This document shows positions 1 through 9,861 of a stretch of 64,000 nt of DNA, piece by piece (position 1 is the stretch's first letter; every line of letters begins with the position of its first letter). The notes beneath the pieces were generated by a model that worked only from the letters and a program-made list of their open reading frames with translations, was not told the origin of the DNA and did not search any database. The DNA is from Candidatus Hydrogenedentota bacterium (GTDB taxonomy: Bacteria > Hydrogenedentota > Hydrogenedentia > Hydrogenedentales > SLHB01): positions 1 through 64,000 of the forward strand of contig CAXXTH010000010.1 of the NCBI GenBank assembly GCA_963668025.2, given 5' to 3'. Both the position numbers and the translations under genes were made by a program.

Positions 1-19
1 AACTTGAAAGGAACCTCCC

Positions 20-1492
20 ATGATACGCCGCCCTAATACCGTTCCAACCGCCTTGCAGCGCGGTGGCGCTGTCCAGCGCCCCGGCGCGGCTCCGCCTAAA
101 TGCATCGGCGTGCTGAGCCTGATTTCGCCCAATTGTGACACCGTGCCCGCCATGCACGATAAGGCCCGCCGTTTCCATACGGCTGCCTTCGATACCTTGG
201 GCGAAATAGGCTTTGCCGTGGTGCGCCCGGAAGGCCCTACGCGCTGTCCAGAGGAAGGCGTCGAACACCTGCGCGCCCTCGAAGATGCCGGAGCTGAGGC
301 CATCGTGCTCTACCTGGCCGATTGGAGCTTCTCCACCACCGCCGCATGGAGCGCCCTGCTGTCCCGGCGCTTGCCTCTGGTGATTTGGACCAACGCCTAT
401 CCCGATTGCGCGGGGCTTATTGGTTCTGGCGTTGTGAAAGGCGCACTATCGGAGGTAGGCATAGAAGCGCCCCTTGTATACGGCAACTTCGATGACCCCG
501 CCATCCGCAAACAGCTCGGACAATTGTGCCGTGGATATGCCGCTGGCGCGCGCCTGCGGGGCATGCGGTATGGCCTTGGCGGCAGCCGCTCCCTCGAGAT
601 GCTCACGGCATCCGTCGATCCCAACCAATGGCTCACCCAATTCGGAATCGACATCGATGGCTGGGACGAACTCGATGTCGTGGACCGAAGCGCCTCTATT
701 GATGAAAAGACTGTCCAGCACTACCAGGCATGGCTGAAATCCACATTTGGCGGCGTAGCGGTCGCCGATAATGTAGTCGAGCAATCCATCCGGCTGTACG
801 CCACGCTCAAGCAAGTGATCGAGGAAAAACACTTCGATTTCATCAGCGTGAAATGCCTGCCGGTCATGGCGCGCGTGGCCACGAGCTTCTGCTTGTCCCA
901 TGCGGTGCTGGGCGACGCCGCCGACGCCGACGGCCCCAAGGAGCGGATCATCTGCGCGTGCGAATCCGACTCGAACGGCGCGCTTACCATGCAAGTCATG
1001 AAAAACGTGGACGACCAGGCCATCAACTTCGCCGATGTCCGCTGGATGGATCCCGTCGAAGGCGTGCTCCGCATCTCGAATTGCGGCTCCCAGGCCACCG
1101 ATCTCGCCGCCAGCCCCAAAGACATTCAATGGGTCAAGCACGGCCTCCAGGAATTGCCTTGGAAGCATGGCGGCATGTGCCCGCAATGCGTCAGCAAGCC
1201 CGGCCGCGTCACCATGGCCCGCATGAGCCGGATAGCCGGGAACTACGCCATGTTGATCGCGGGCGGCGAATCACAGAAGAAAACGCGCGAAGACCTGAAA
1301 ACCACGGGATGGGAATTCTCACCCCATACCTGGATTCGCCTGGACGCCCCCGTGAAGGCTTTCTTGAACGACCTCCGCTCGAACCATATTCATGTCATGT
1401 ACGGCGATTTCCGGGCCGAATTGGTCCACCTGTGCCATTCCCTGGGAATCCGGCCCATCGTTCCGGAAGGCCTGGACGTGGTGAACGGCTAG
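20..1492 (+). CDS. L-fucose/L-arabinose isomerase family protein
   Basis: 490-aa ORF with RBS (GAAAGGA). Motifs CACESDSNGALTM, INFAD, NCGS, PGRVTMAR and C-terminal SNHIHVMYGD are typical of FucI-like isomerases. Confidence 0.75.
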   Translation: MIRRPNTVPTALQRGGAVQRPGAAPPKCIGVLSLISPNCDTVPAMHDKARRFHTAAFDTLGEIGFAVVRPEGPTRCPEEGVEHLRALEDAGAEAIVLYLADWSFSTTAAWSALLSRRLPLVIWTNAYPDCAGLIGSGVVKGALSEVGIEAPLVYGNFDDPAIRKQLGQLCRGYAAGARLRGMRYGLGGSRSLEMLTASVDPNQWLTQFGIDIDGWDELDVVDRSASIDEKTVQHYQAWLKSTFGGVAVADNVVEQSIRLYATLKQVIEEKHFDFISVKCLPVMARVATSFCLSHAVLGDAADADGPKERIICACESDSNGALTMQVMKNVDDQAINFADVRWMDPVEGVLRISNCGSQATDLAASPKDIQWVKHGLQELPWKHGGMCPQCVSKPGRVTMARMSRIAGNYAMLIAGGESQKKTREDLKTTGWEFSPHTWIRLDAPVKAFLNDLRSNHIHVMYGDFRAELVHLCHSLGIRPIVPEGLDVVNG

Positions 1493-1498
1493 AATCAG

Positions 1499-1534
1499 GC
1501 GGGGGAAACCTTTTTGAAAAAAGGTTTCCCCCGC
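1499..1534. terminator. Palindromic hairpin after the isomerase gene (terminator or REP-like)
   Basis: gcgggggaaacctttttgaaaaaaggtttcccccgc is a long inverted repeat just after the stop codon. Confidence 0.55.
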
Positions 1535-1588
1535 ACCCCCTTCTAGAAACTTTTATTTCGTTTTATAGATATATGACATATATAACAA

Positions 1589-1934
1589 CGTCATCCCCGC
1601 GAAAGCGGGGATCCAGGGCGTTTCTTAAGGCTCTTCGTTTTTGGAGATTTCCGAAAATGGAGCTGGCAAGCCGCCAGACGGAAAATCGCTATACTGCACC
1701 GAAAGGGAACAAGAAAGCGGTAGCAAGCTACCGCACTCAATACAATCGCTACGTCTTTTCTTGGCAAATGGTATGGAGTGCGGCAGCTTGCTGCTGCTTT
1801 AGCGTGCGGTTTTCGCCCGAACGCTCTTTTCAGATTTGCGGCGATGTGAATTCGCACATGGAATGCTTTCGGAAAACCCCGAAAACGAAGAGCCTTAAGA
1901 AACGCCCTGGATTCCCGCTTTCGCGGGAATGACG
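1589..1934. repeat. Nested REPIN/MITE-like composite with ~68-bp outer inverted repeats
   Basis: 1589-1656 (cgtcatccccgcgaaagcggggatccagggcgtttcttaaggctcttcg...) is the near-perfect reverse complement of 1867-1934. An inner REP pair lies between them: aaagcggtagcaagctaccgcactc and gagtgcggcagcttgctgctgcttt. Confidence 0.8.
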
Positions 1935-1980
1935 ATGTGATAGTAGAATAACGATGTGCAGACATAAGCGCGAGGAAATC

Positions 1981-3063
1981 ATGAGCATTGAAACCTCTCC
2001 AGAGAAAAAACACCTTGACGCTGCTTTCAATTTGCTTCCCGTGGATCGCCCGCCTGCCTTGGGCGGATGGATCGCTGATCCCGAAAAGGTGATGGCCATC
2101 ACAGGGGCCTCCGAGGATCAGTATTGGGCGAATCCCCTCGAAGTGAGTGTGCGCGCCTATCAAGCGCTGGGGCTCGATGGCATACTCGATGTCAATGTGC
2201 CCAGCGAACGCGGCGGTTATACCTTGGTCACGCAGACCGATATGGAAATCCGCTCCGAGTACACGCCCGAAAGCGTCGTGGAAGAGATCGAGCAATTGCC
2301 GTCGCCGGAAGAAGTGGTGGCCAGTTTCGACGAAGAGGCGGCGTTCCAGCAGAAATGCGCGGAAATGGCCCGCATGCAAACCCTGTGCGGCCCACGCCTG
2401 TATTGGTGCCCGGCGCGGTGGGAGGTGATTCCCAATTTCGAGTGGTACCGCGTATACGGCTACGAGACCTACCTGATGGCTATTTGCCTATACCCGGACC
2501 ACATCCGGAGGTTATTCCGGCATTCCGCCGCCGTGGCGTCTTGCCAGGCGCGGGTCGTGGCCCGAATGGTGCGCGAAGGCGTCCAGCCGCGCGCCATGCT
2601 GTGTGGCATGGACATCTGCGGCCAGAATGGCCCCCTTGTGGATCCCGGCTTTCTACGGGAAGAATACTTTCCCTTTGTGAAAGAAGCCATCCGCCCCTTG
2701 CGGGAAGCGGGAGCCAAGCTCATTTGGCATTGCGACGGTGATGTGCGGCCTATCTTGGATGATATCCTTGAACTTGGCGTAGGCGGACTGCAAGGATTTC
2801 AAGCGGAGTGCGGCGTGCAAGTGCGCGATATCGTCGAACGTCGCACTATCGACGGGGAAAAACTCATCATTTTCGGGCCGATCTCCGTGACGGAAACGCT
2901 TGTAAAAGAAACGCCGGAAGGCGTCAAGCGCGCAGTGCGTGAAGCCATCGAGATATGCCGGGATAAGGCCTCTCTGGTATTATTCACCAGCAATGAGATT
3001 TTGCCCGATGTGGGCCTCGAAAACATGAAGGCCATGTATGACGCCCTTCGGGAATACGAGTGA
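1981..3063 (+). CDS. Uroporphyrinogen decarboxylase / methyltransferase (URO-D/CIMS) family protein
   Basis: Motifs GMDICGQNGPLVDP, WHCDGDVRPILDDILELGVGGLQGFQAECG and FTSNEI. RBS GAGGA precedes ATG 1981. Confidence 0.75.
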   Translation: MSIETSPEKKHLDAAFNLLPVDRPPALGGWIADPEKVMAITGASEDQYWANPLEVSVRAYQALGLDGILDVNVPSERGGYTLVTQTDMEIRSEYTPESVVEEIEQLPSPEEVVASFDEEAAFQQKCAEMARMQTLCGPRLYWCPARWEVIPNFEWYRVYGYETYLMAICLYPDHIRRLFRHSAAVASCQARVVARMVREGVQPRAMLCGMDICGQNGPLVDPGFLREEYFPFVKEAIRPLREAGAKLIWHCDGDVRPILDDILELGVGGLQGFQAECGVQVRDIVERRTIDGEKLIIFGPISVTETLVKETPEGVKRAVREAIEICRDKASLVLFTSNEILPDVGLENMKAMYDALREYE

Positions 3064-3108
3064 TTTATAATCGTATCGTAAGAACCATATTATGTTTTTA
3101 AACCTTTC

Positions 3109-3131
3109 GTAGCATGGGCGTCCCGACCATG
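3109..3131 (+). repeat. GTAG-type REP (single copy)
   Basis: gtagcatgggcgtcccgaccatg, the same family as the copies at 11406, 14052, 32690, 38716 and 57421. Confidence 0.7.
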
Positions 3132-3178
3132 TATGGTGCGTTTCCTCACCCGCTATTCGTGGGACAGGGCAGACGCAT

Positions 3179-4335
3179 CTAAAATCCCAATAATTGCTGG
3201 AGAAACGGCATATCAAGTGCGGCGAATATCCTTTTTTGTCGTTGCGAAATATTCTCTTCCGTGTTCCTCTTGATGAGGTTGAGTGCGATTCGGCGCAGCG
3301 TGGCCAGATTCTGTGCGGCGTTTTTGGTCCGGGCGCGGCTTTGGTCTTCCCGGAAAGTCACGTCGAGAGACCAATGATCTGGTTTTCGACACCCCAGTGG
3401 CCCCGCACGGCTTTTGCGAAGGCCTCAATATCACGAGGAAGGCTGGTGAGGAAATAGCGGCGTTCGATGGTGTTTTTGCCTTTGACGCAGCGGATCGACT
3501 CGACCATGCCGATGCTGCGCAAGCCCTTCCACCGCTTTTTGTCTGCCACCCAGTCAATGTCGGTGGATTGCCAGTAGCGGCGCGTTTCCATGCGCCCATG
3601 GTCTTTTTCGAGCGTTTTGGAGCAGGCCATGGTGTTGGGGGCAACGGTAGTGGCGGGTTCGAAAGCGCAGGGCAAAACAGCGTCGGCAAAGAAATCCTGG
3701 ACCTCTTGGTGAACCGTAGCATGGTTGCCTTTGAGGGCTAGGACATAATCAGCTTTCTTCTCGATGATCTGGGCGGCGATGTCTTTCTGGCATCCCATGG
3801 CGTCAATGGTCACGATGCAGCCTTGAAGGGCCAACGCCCGCAACAGTTCGGGGATGGCGGTGATTTCATTGGACTTATCGTCCACCTTAACCTGTCCCAA
3901 GGCCAGCCCGTTTTGCGAAGCCCAGGCGCTGACAATATACGGGATTGAATCGCCGTCATCCAAGGCTCGGCGCAACGCCTTTCCATCGATGGCAACGACT
4001 TCCCCCTGCAGTGCCGGGCAAATCCTTTGGACCCAGCGCACAAAACAGTCCATAAAACAATCGGGGTCGATGGCGGAGAAAACCCGGTTGAAGGTATCGT
4101 GCGACGGGATGCCGTGAGGCAACTCGAGAAAGGTCTTGAGCCAGTCTCGTTTGATCCTTCCAAACAACGCCATGTCGTTGAATCCCTCGCCGCCGGTCAA
4201 CATCGAACAAAGTCCGATAACCAGAATATCGGCCAGCTTATGGAACCGCCTGCGGCGGACACGCGGATCGGGGATTTCCTCCAAGTATTCCATGATGCCG
4301 CGCTGTCTCGGAACGGGATGATGCTCATTGCCCAT
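3179..4335 (-). pseudogene. ISAs1-family transposase, frameshifted
   Basis: Motifs GIPSHDTFNRVF, AIDGKALR, KSNEITAIP, IDAMGCQ, LALKGN and RGHWGVEN. An apparent 1-bp deletion near 3378 shifts [11 protein letters not shown] into another frame (ORF 3179..3361). Confidence 0.85.
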
Positions 4336-4394
4336 GGCTTTATCTCCTGAGTTAAACGCTGGACTTTTTATATATATTCCTATATCATATTGCC

Positions 4395-4694
4395 ATGAAA
4401 CAAACAAGCAAAATCCAGCGGCTGTTAGAAAAGATGGCGGCCATCGAGCGGATGGAACGCGGCAAGATCTGCGCGATGGCCGGCCGGCCCCACTACAACC
4501 ATCAGACATGGCAAAACGGGCGTAACGTGGTGCACTACGTTCCCACCGACGAGGTGGAGGCCCTCCAAGAGGCCATTGATGGCTACAACCAATTCCGTAA
4601 GCTGGCCGAGGAATATGCCAACGAAATCATCCGTCGGACACGCCAGGAAAAAGACAAAAACAAAAAACGGAAAAAGAATGGCAGGACAAGCTGA
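4395..4694 (+). CDS. Small basic IS-associated protein (DUF6788-like) inside the ISAs1 TIRs
   Basis: 99 aa and highly similar to 46969..47268 (MERGKxCxMxGRPHxNHQxWxNxxNVVxYVP...EAIxGY). Confidence 0.75.
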   Translation: MKQTSKIQRLLEKMAAIERMERGKICAMAGRPHYNHQTWQNGRNVVHYVPTDEVEALQEAIDGYNQFRKLAEEYANEIIRRTRQEKDKNKKRKKNGRTS

Positions 4695-4990
4695 TAGACA
4701 TTATCCAGAATTCAGCATTATTAGATGCGTCCGCCCTGGAGGAACCCCCCTACTCGATTGTTTCTTCATGGAAATCTCTTCATACTACTACCTTGTATTC
4801 ATTGCTGCTTCGCGGCGTGAAATATACTATTGAAGAATGAATACGGTTCCGCCACCAGTACGCCCAACCAATTTATGCCTGCGCAAAACTGCCAAGAACG
4901 CGAAGGTAAACGTGAATAAAGAGTGTTATGCCGTCTTATTGGGTTGTGGTCAATGCCCAAGACAGATTATATGGCTTCCTGATCTTGGAT

Positions 4991-6070
4991 TCAGCCATTC
5001 CTAGCCATCCAATCAGCCAATGCGTTGAATCGCTCCAGCGGCACCACGATGCCATCGGCTCCGGCACATAGGATGAAGTTTGAGCGCCGCAGCCGGGGGG
5101 TATACAGGCGGTCGAGCGCTTGCCCAATACCTTCTATAGGGCCCAGGCAAAAAATCGTCGGATCTAGCGTGCCGATGATGATCAAATCGTCGCCCAACTC
5201 ATCGAGAGCCAGCTCGGCGGACGTATCTCCGGTTGGCGACGGTGTCAAGGCATGGACGCCATCGAGCCCAGTCATCCGTATTTGGTCCAAGAGGCCTCGC
5301 ACATGCCCGCACATATGGATGATTGCGGTTTTGCCTGCTTTATGGATGATATCAACGAAATCTTTGACATGCATCCCATTGTATTTTCGATAGATCTCTG
5401 GATGTATATAGTTGATATCCGTATTTTCAATGAGGATGACGATGTCGCAGGGGCCTTGGGCAAGAATCTCAAACGCTTCAAGATGCTTGTCGTGGATGGT
5501 TGTGATAAGGGCGGCCAGTTCATCAGGGTGTTGTGCATACATGTCATAAAAATGGATCATCCCCATGTCCTCTTCCAGAAGCATGGGAATGGTGGATGGC
5601 CCCCAGAAGCGGGTAACCACCCCATAATCGCCAATCTCAGAAGTGACACGTTCATATACTGGCAGATCATCACTCTTCTTCAAAGTGGTTTCAGCCCAGA
5701 TACGCCGGTAGAGGTTCGCATCTTTGACCGTCTTCACGGGAAACTCCACGGGATGGCCGTTCACCCGGGTGCTCGTCAAAGAACCTTCAGGAGTTCTCAA
5801 CTCACGGCGGAAGCGTTCATTCTCACAGGATATGACCTCTTCCACGAACTGGGGCCACACAATGACTGGGGAACGAAAATCGTAGGGCATACCCCAGCAG
5901 TTCAAGAGAAAAATGTCGCACCCGATATACTTGTAAAACTCGATACCCGAGAGGCCTTGCAGATTCGCTGGAAGATTCGACAGTGTGGCCTCATCGACAA
6001 TCGTTGTCCATGAAAGCCTGTCCGGTTGTTCCCGGTTGCAGATTGCTCGAATTCTCTCTCGACCTGTCAT
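4991..6070 (-). CDS. Uroporphyrinogen decarboxylase / methyltransferase family protein
   Basis: Starts MTGRERIRA. Motifs EFPVKTVKD, IHMCGHVRGLLD, GLDGVHALTPSPTGD and IIGTLDP. Confidence 0.75.
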   Translation of the reverse strand: MTGRERIRAICNREQPDRLSWTTIVDEATLSNLPANLQGLSGIEFYKYIGCDIFLLNCWGMPYDFRSPVIVWPQFVEEVISCENERFRRELRTPEGSLTSTRVNGHPVEFPVKTVKDANLYRRIWAETTLKKSDDLPVYERVTSEIGDYGVVTRFWGPSTIPMLLEEDMGMIHFYDMYAQHPDELAALITTIHDKHLEAFEILAQGPCDIVILIENTDINYIHPEIYRKYNGMHVKDFVDIIHKAGKTAIIHMCGHVRGLLDQIRMTGLDGVHALTPSPTGDTSAELALDELGDDLIIIGTLDPTIFCLGPIEGIGQALDRLYTPRLRRSNFILCAGADGIVVPLERFNALADWMARNG

Positions 6071-6260
6071 CGTAAGTTGCCCCCTGAACACATGAAAGAT
6101 GGATAGCCAGTTTGCGCATTACAGAATTGCCGGGCAGTCACTTATTCTTTAAGCCTAGGAACAGAAGCATCATGTCTATTCAGTAGCCATAGGCTATTGC
6201 GATTATGTTATAACGTGCCATAAATTAACATGTTTTGTCAAGCGCTTCTGTCGGATGACA

Positions 6261-6397
6261 GCGTTCATTATAAATGCGTTCATTATAAATGCCTTGACAG
6301 ATTAGGGGATATGATGTAAATTCCATTAGCAAACGTTTACTGTATCCTGCATAGATCTTCACCGCGAGAAAGCGGAGCCGAAAAGTAAACGTTTTCT
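6261..6397 (+). promoter_or_regulatory. sigma70 promoter with LacI-type operators and a 15-bp tandem repeat upstream of the GH78 gene
   Basis: TTGACA(6294)-N17-TAAATT(6317). Palindromes agcaaacgtttact (6328-6341) and agtaaacgttttct (6384-6397). Tandem gcgttcattataaat x2 (6261-6290). Confidence 0.65.
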
Positions 6398-6472
6398 ATA
6401 ATGGAGTGCGGGGCCGCGAGGATGGCAAGGGGAAAATATAGGTATTACATAGGAGTTTTTGGGGTGCGTTTT

Positions 6473-9400
6473 ATGGCCAAGCGGGTATTATTGGGGATCT
6501 TAATCCTTGGTCTGTTTTCGAGTAGTACAGTTTTCGCCGAAGGCCTGACGGCCACACGGTTGCGTTGTGAGTATGCTCATAATCCGTTGGGAATCGATAC
6601 GGCTAAGCCGCGCTTTTTCTGGCAATTGATTTCCCACCTCCGTGGCCAGCGGCAGACGGCCTACCAGATCTTGGTCGCCGCCGATGAACAAGATATAAAG
6701 AACAATCGAGGCGAACTTTGGGATAGCGGGAAGGTCGAGTCTGATCGTTCGATCCAGGTTGAATATGCCGGACAGCCGCTGGAATCCAAGCGCAAATATC
6801 ATTGGAAAGTGCGGGTCTGGGATAAGGATGGCATGGCCAGCGCCTACAGCGAAGAGGCCTCCTTCGAAATGGGCCTGCTACAGCCCGGCGATTGGCAAGC
6901 CAAGTGGATTGAGCTGTCCGACGATGTGCCCCAGCCGGTTTATGCGCCGCCCAACAATGGATATCACAGTCAATTGGCGACGACGCCCGATCAGGTTAAA
7001 TGGGTGATCATCGATCTAGGGGATACCAAAACGTTTGACAGCATCAAGCTATACCCGGCCCGGCCTTATGATTGTTCATCCGACACGCCGGGATTCCTCT
7101 TTCCCCTGCGTCTGAAGCTCGATGTTTCGGACAGCCAGGATTTTGAAGAGTTCAAAACACCGATTGACCAGACGGGGGGTGATATTGTCAATCCCGAAAC
7201 CAAGCCGTTGGAATACCATTTTGCGTCCAGTTCCGGCCGTTATGTGCGCTTGATGGTGACGCGCATGAGCAGGCATAGCGAGGCGGGATATGGTTTTGCT
7301 TTGAACGAAATGGAGGTATTGGCCGACGGAAACAGCATCGCCAAAAAGAAAAATGTGACCGCCCTAGATTCGATCGAAGCGCCAGCCTGGTCAAAGGAGA
7401 ATCTGGTGGATGGCGTGACCCAGACAGTGACTCCGGCAATGCAAACGGTGCCTTCTCCCGCGCCGATGATGCGCAAGACTTTTGTGCTTGCCGGCCCCGT
7501 CCGCCAAGCCCGGCTTTACGCCACCTGTCTTGGTGCTTATCGGATGAGCCTGAATGGCAAGCAGGTCGGGAATGAGATCTTAGACCCAGGCTGGACCAAT
7601 TTTAATTGCCGTGTGCAGTACCAGACTTACGATGTGACCAACCTGATGCGCAGAGGGGTGAACGCCATCGGTGCCGTCTGCGGTGACGGCTGGTGCGCTG
7701 GCCGGGTGATGACGCTCGCCCGCACCCGTCCTCGGCTGATTGTGCGTCTGGACATCGTGCTTGCGGACGGCCGGACCCAAACCATAGTGAGCGATGAAAC
7801 ATGGCGGGGGACGCTGGAAGGGCCGATCCGTGGCGCGTGCCTTTTCGATGGCGAGTGGTATGACGCGCGGCGTGAAATGCCTGGCTGGGACACGGCGAAA
7901 TACGATGATGCGGATTGGAAACCAGTCCGGACCGCCAGTGTGGACGGGGTGCGGCTGGTGAGCCAGCTCTGCGAACCGATCCGGATCACCCAGGAGCTAC
8001 GCCCCATTGCGCTGAGTGAGCCCGCACAGGGGATTCACGTGTTTGACCTGGGCCAGAATTTCGCCGGTATATATCGGCTCAAATTGCATGGCCCCCGTGG
8101 GACCACGGTGAAATTGCGCTTTGGTGAAATGCTTCAGCCTGATGGGCAGATTTATACCAACAATCTGACTAATGCCATCGCGACCGATACCTACATACTT
8201 AGGGGTGGCGGTACAGAAATTTACGAACCGCATTTCACGTATCATGGTTTCCGTTACGTTGAGGTGACGGGCCTGGCGGCAAAACCTGCCCTCACCGATC
8301 TGACCGGTTGCGTGAGCCACGCCGACATGGTGATGACCGGCACATTCGCCTGTTCCTCGCCGCTGCTCAACAAGCTGATGGAGAATATCGTCTGGACTCA
8401 ACGCTCCAATGTCTACAGTGTGCCGACGGATTGCCCGCAGCGCGGCGAACGGCTGGGGTGGATGGGGGATGCGCAGATCTTTGCCCAGGCAGGGATCTTC
8501 AACATGGACATGGCCCGCTTTTATGGGAAATATGTGCAGGATATCCGCGACACCCAGACCAATGACGGGCGTTATCCGATTGTCGCGCCCCTTATGTACC
8601 CACCCACGGATGATGACTACTGGTTTTGCGCACCAGGTTGGGCCGACGCCGGCGTGATCATCCCCTGGCGGCTCTATGAGAATTACGCTGACACGCGTCT
8701 CCTAGAGCAGCATTGGGAGTCAATGAAGCGATATATCGATTTCGTGTATGAACATAACCCCGATCTACTCTGGAAGAACCGGTGTGGCCAAAACTACGGT
8801 GATCATCTGAACGGAGACACCATGGTATGGCAGAATTGGCCTAAAAGCGGCGGTGCGGTACCCAAAGAAGTCATGGCGACAGCGTTTCTTGCCCACTCCA
8901 CCGACCTGCTGGCGCGGATGGCGGGTGTTCTGGGCCGCGACGAAGAATCTAAAAAATATGGCGAACTCGCCCGTGGGATCAGGGAAGCGTTCAACCATGC
9001 ATATGTCAAACCCGACGGGACGATTCAAGGCGACACACAGACCGGCTATGCGCTGGCCCTCCACTTTGATCTGCTCCCTGAGAGCCTGCGACAAAAAGCT
9101 ATGGAACACATGGTCCGGCGGATCGGGGATTATGGCTGGCGGATTTCCACGGGTATCCAGGGAACCAACTGGATGATGATGAATTTGGCTGCCATGGGAC
9201 GGTCCGACGTAGCTTATCGCCTGTTGAACAATCGCGAGGTTCCCTCGTGGGGGTATATGATCGACAACGGGGCGACCACGGTTTGGGAACGTTGGGATGG
9301 CTATGTCAAAGGACGCGGTTTCCAGAATCCGATGATGAATTCCTTCAATCATTACGCGATCGGTGCGGTGGGCGAATGGATGTGGCGAAATATCCCTGGC

Positions 9401-9736
9401 CTCAATCCAGACCCTCAGAATCCCGGTTGGAAGCATTTCGTCATTCACCCGCGCCCTGGCGGAGGGCTGAGCTGGGCCAAGGGCCAATACGATTCGATCC
9501 ATGGCCATATTGTTTCTGACTGGAAGATCGAGAAACGGAAGTTCACTTTAAAAGTGCATGTGCCAGTGGGCGCAACGGCTACGATTTACGTGCCAGCCCG
9601 GAGCGTGGCAGAAGTAAGTGAAGGTGGGAAGTCGGCTGAAAAGGCGGAGGAAATTAAATTCCTGCGTCTGGAAGATGGGGCGGCGGTCTTTGATGTCGAA
9701 GCGGGCGATTACCATTTCCAATCCCCTATGGATTAA
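6473..9736 (+). CDS. Secreted alpha-L-rhamnosidase (GH78) with inserted discoidin/F5-8-like domain
   Basis: Signal peptide. Motifs LRCEYxxNPLGID, FDLGQNFAG, FTYHGFRYVEV, PTDCPQRGERLGWMGDAQ, GATTVWERWD and MNSFNHY. Confidence 0.9.
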   Translation: MAKRVLLGILILGLFSSSTVFAEGLTATRLRCEYAHNPLGIDTAKPRFFWQLISHLRGQRQTAYQILVAADEQDIKNNRGELWDSGKVESDRSIQVEYAGQPLESKRKYHWKVRVWDKDGMASAYSEEASFEMGLLQPGDWQAKWIELSDDVPQPVYAPPNNGYHSQLATTPDQVKWVIIDLGDTKTFDSIKLYPARPYDCSSDTPGFLFPLRLKLDVSDSQDFEEFKTPIDQTGGDIVNPETKPLEYHFASSSGRYVRLMVTRMSRHSEAGYGFALNEMEVLADGNSIAKKKNVTALDSIEAPAWSKENLVDGVTQTVTPAMQTVPSPAPMMRKTFVLAGPVRQARLYATCLGAYRMSLNGKQVGNEILDPGWTNFNCRVQYQTYDVTNLMRRGVNAIGAVCGDGWCAGRVMTLARTRPRLIVRLDIVLADGRTQTIVSDETWRGTLEGPIRGACLFDGEWYDARREMPGWDTAKYDDADWKPVRTASVDGVRLVSQLCEPIRITQELRPIALSEPAQGIHVFDLGQNFAGIYRLKLHGPRGTTVKLRFGEMLQPDGQIYTNNLTNAIATDTYILRGGGTEIYEPHFTYHGFRYVEVTGLAAKPALTDLTGCVSHADMVMTGTFACSSPLLNKLMENIVWTQRSNVYSVPTDCPQRGERLGWMGDAQIFAQAGIFNMDMARFYGKYVQDIRDTQTNDGRYPIVAPLMYPPTDDDYWFCAPGWADAGVIIPWRLYENYADTRLLEQHWESMKRYIDFVYEHNPDLLWKNRCGQNYGDHLNGDTMVWQNWPKSGGAVPKEVMATAFLAHSTDLLARMAGVLGRDEESKKYGELARGIREAFNHAYVKPDGTIQGDTQTGYALALHFDLLPESLRQKAMEHMVRRIGDYGWRISTGIQGTNWMMMNLAAMGRSDVAYRLLNNREVPSWGYMIDNGATTVWERWDGYVKGRGFQNPMMNSFNHYAIGAVGEWMWRNIPGLNPDPQNPGWKHFVIHPRPGGGLSWAKGQYDSIHGHIVSDWKIEKRKFTLKVHVPVGATATIYVPARSVAEVSEGGKSAEKAEEIKFLRLEDGAAVFDVEAGDYHFQSPMD

Positions 9737-9861
9737 CCGGAATCGTCCGCACGGATGAAAAGCGGGTGGCAGGCTATGCCGGTGAGCGTGTCAATCGGCG
9801 CATGGAAATCCGGGCGTTCCGTTTGCTCGCCGTCCAAGGAAGCTGTGTGATTCATGGCGGC

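Larger units (their letters stand above)
3165..4738 (-). mobile_element. ISAs1-family insertion sequence with divergent passenger ORF
   Basis: 18-bp TIRs CAGGGCAGACGCATCTAA (3165) and TTAGATGCGTCCGCCCTG (ends 4738), one mismatch. Encloses the transposase and a small ORF. No TSD visible. Confidence 0.9.

Noticed and set aside
853-2379. Long ORFs 853..1932(+) and 1591..2379(-)
   Set aside because: Shadow frames overlapping real genes and running through the inverted-repeat element.
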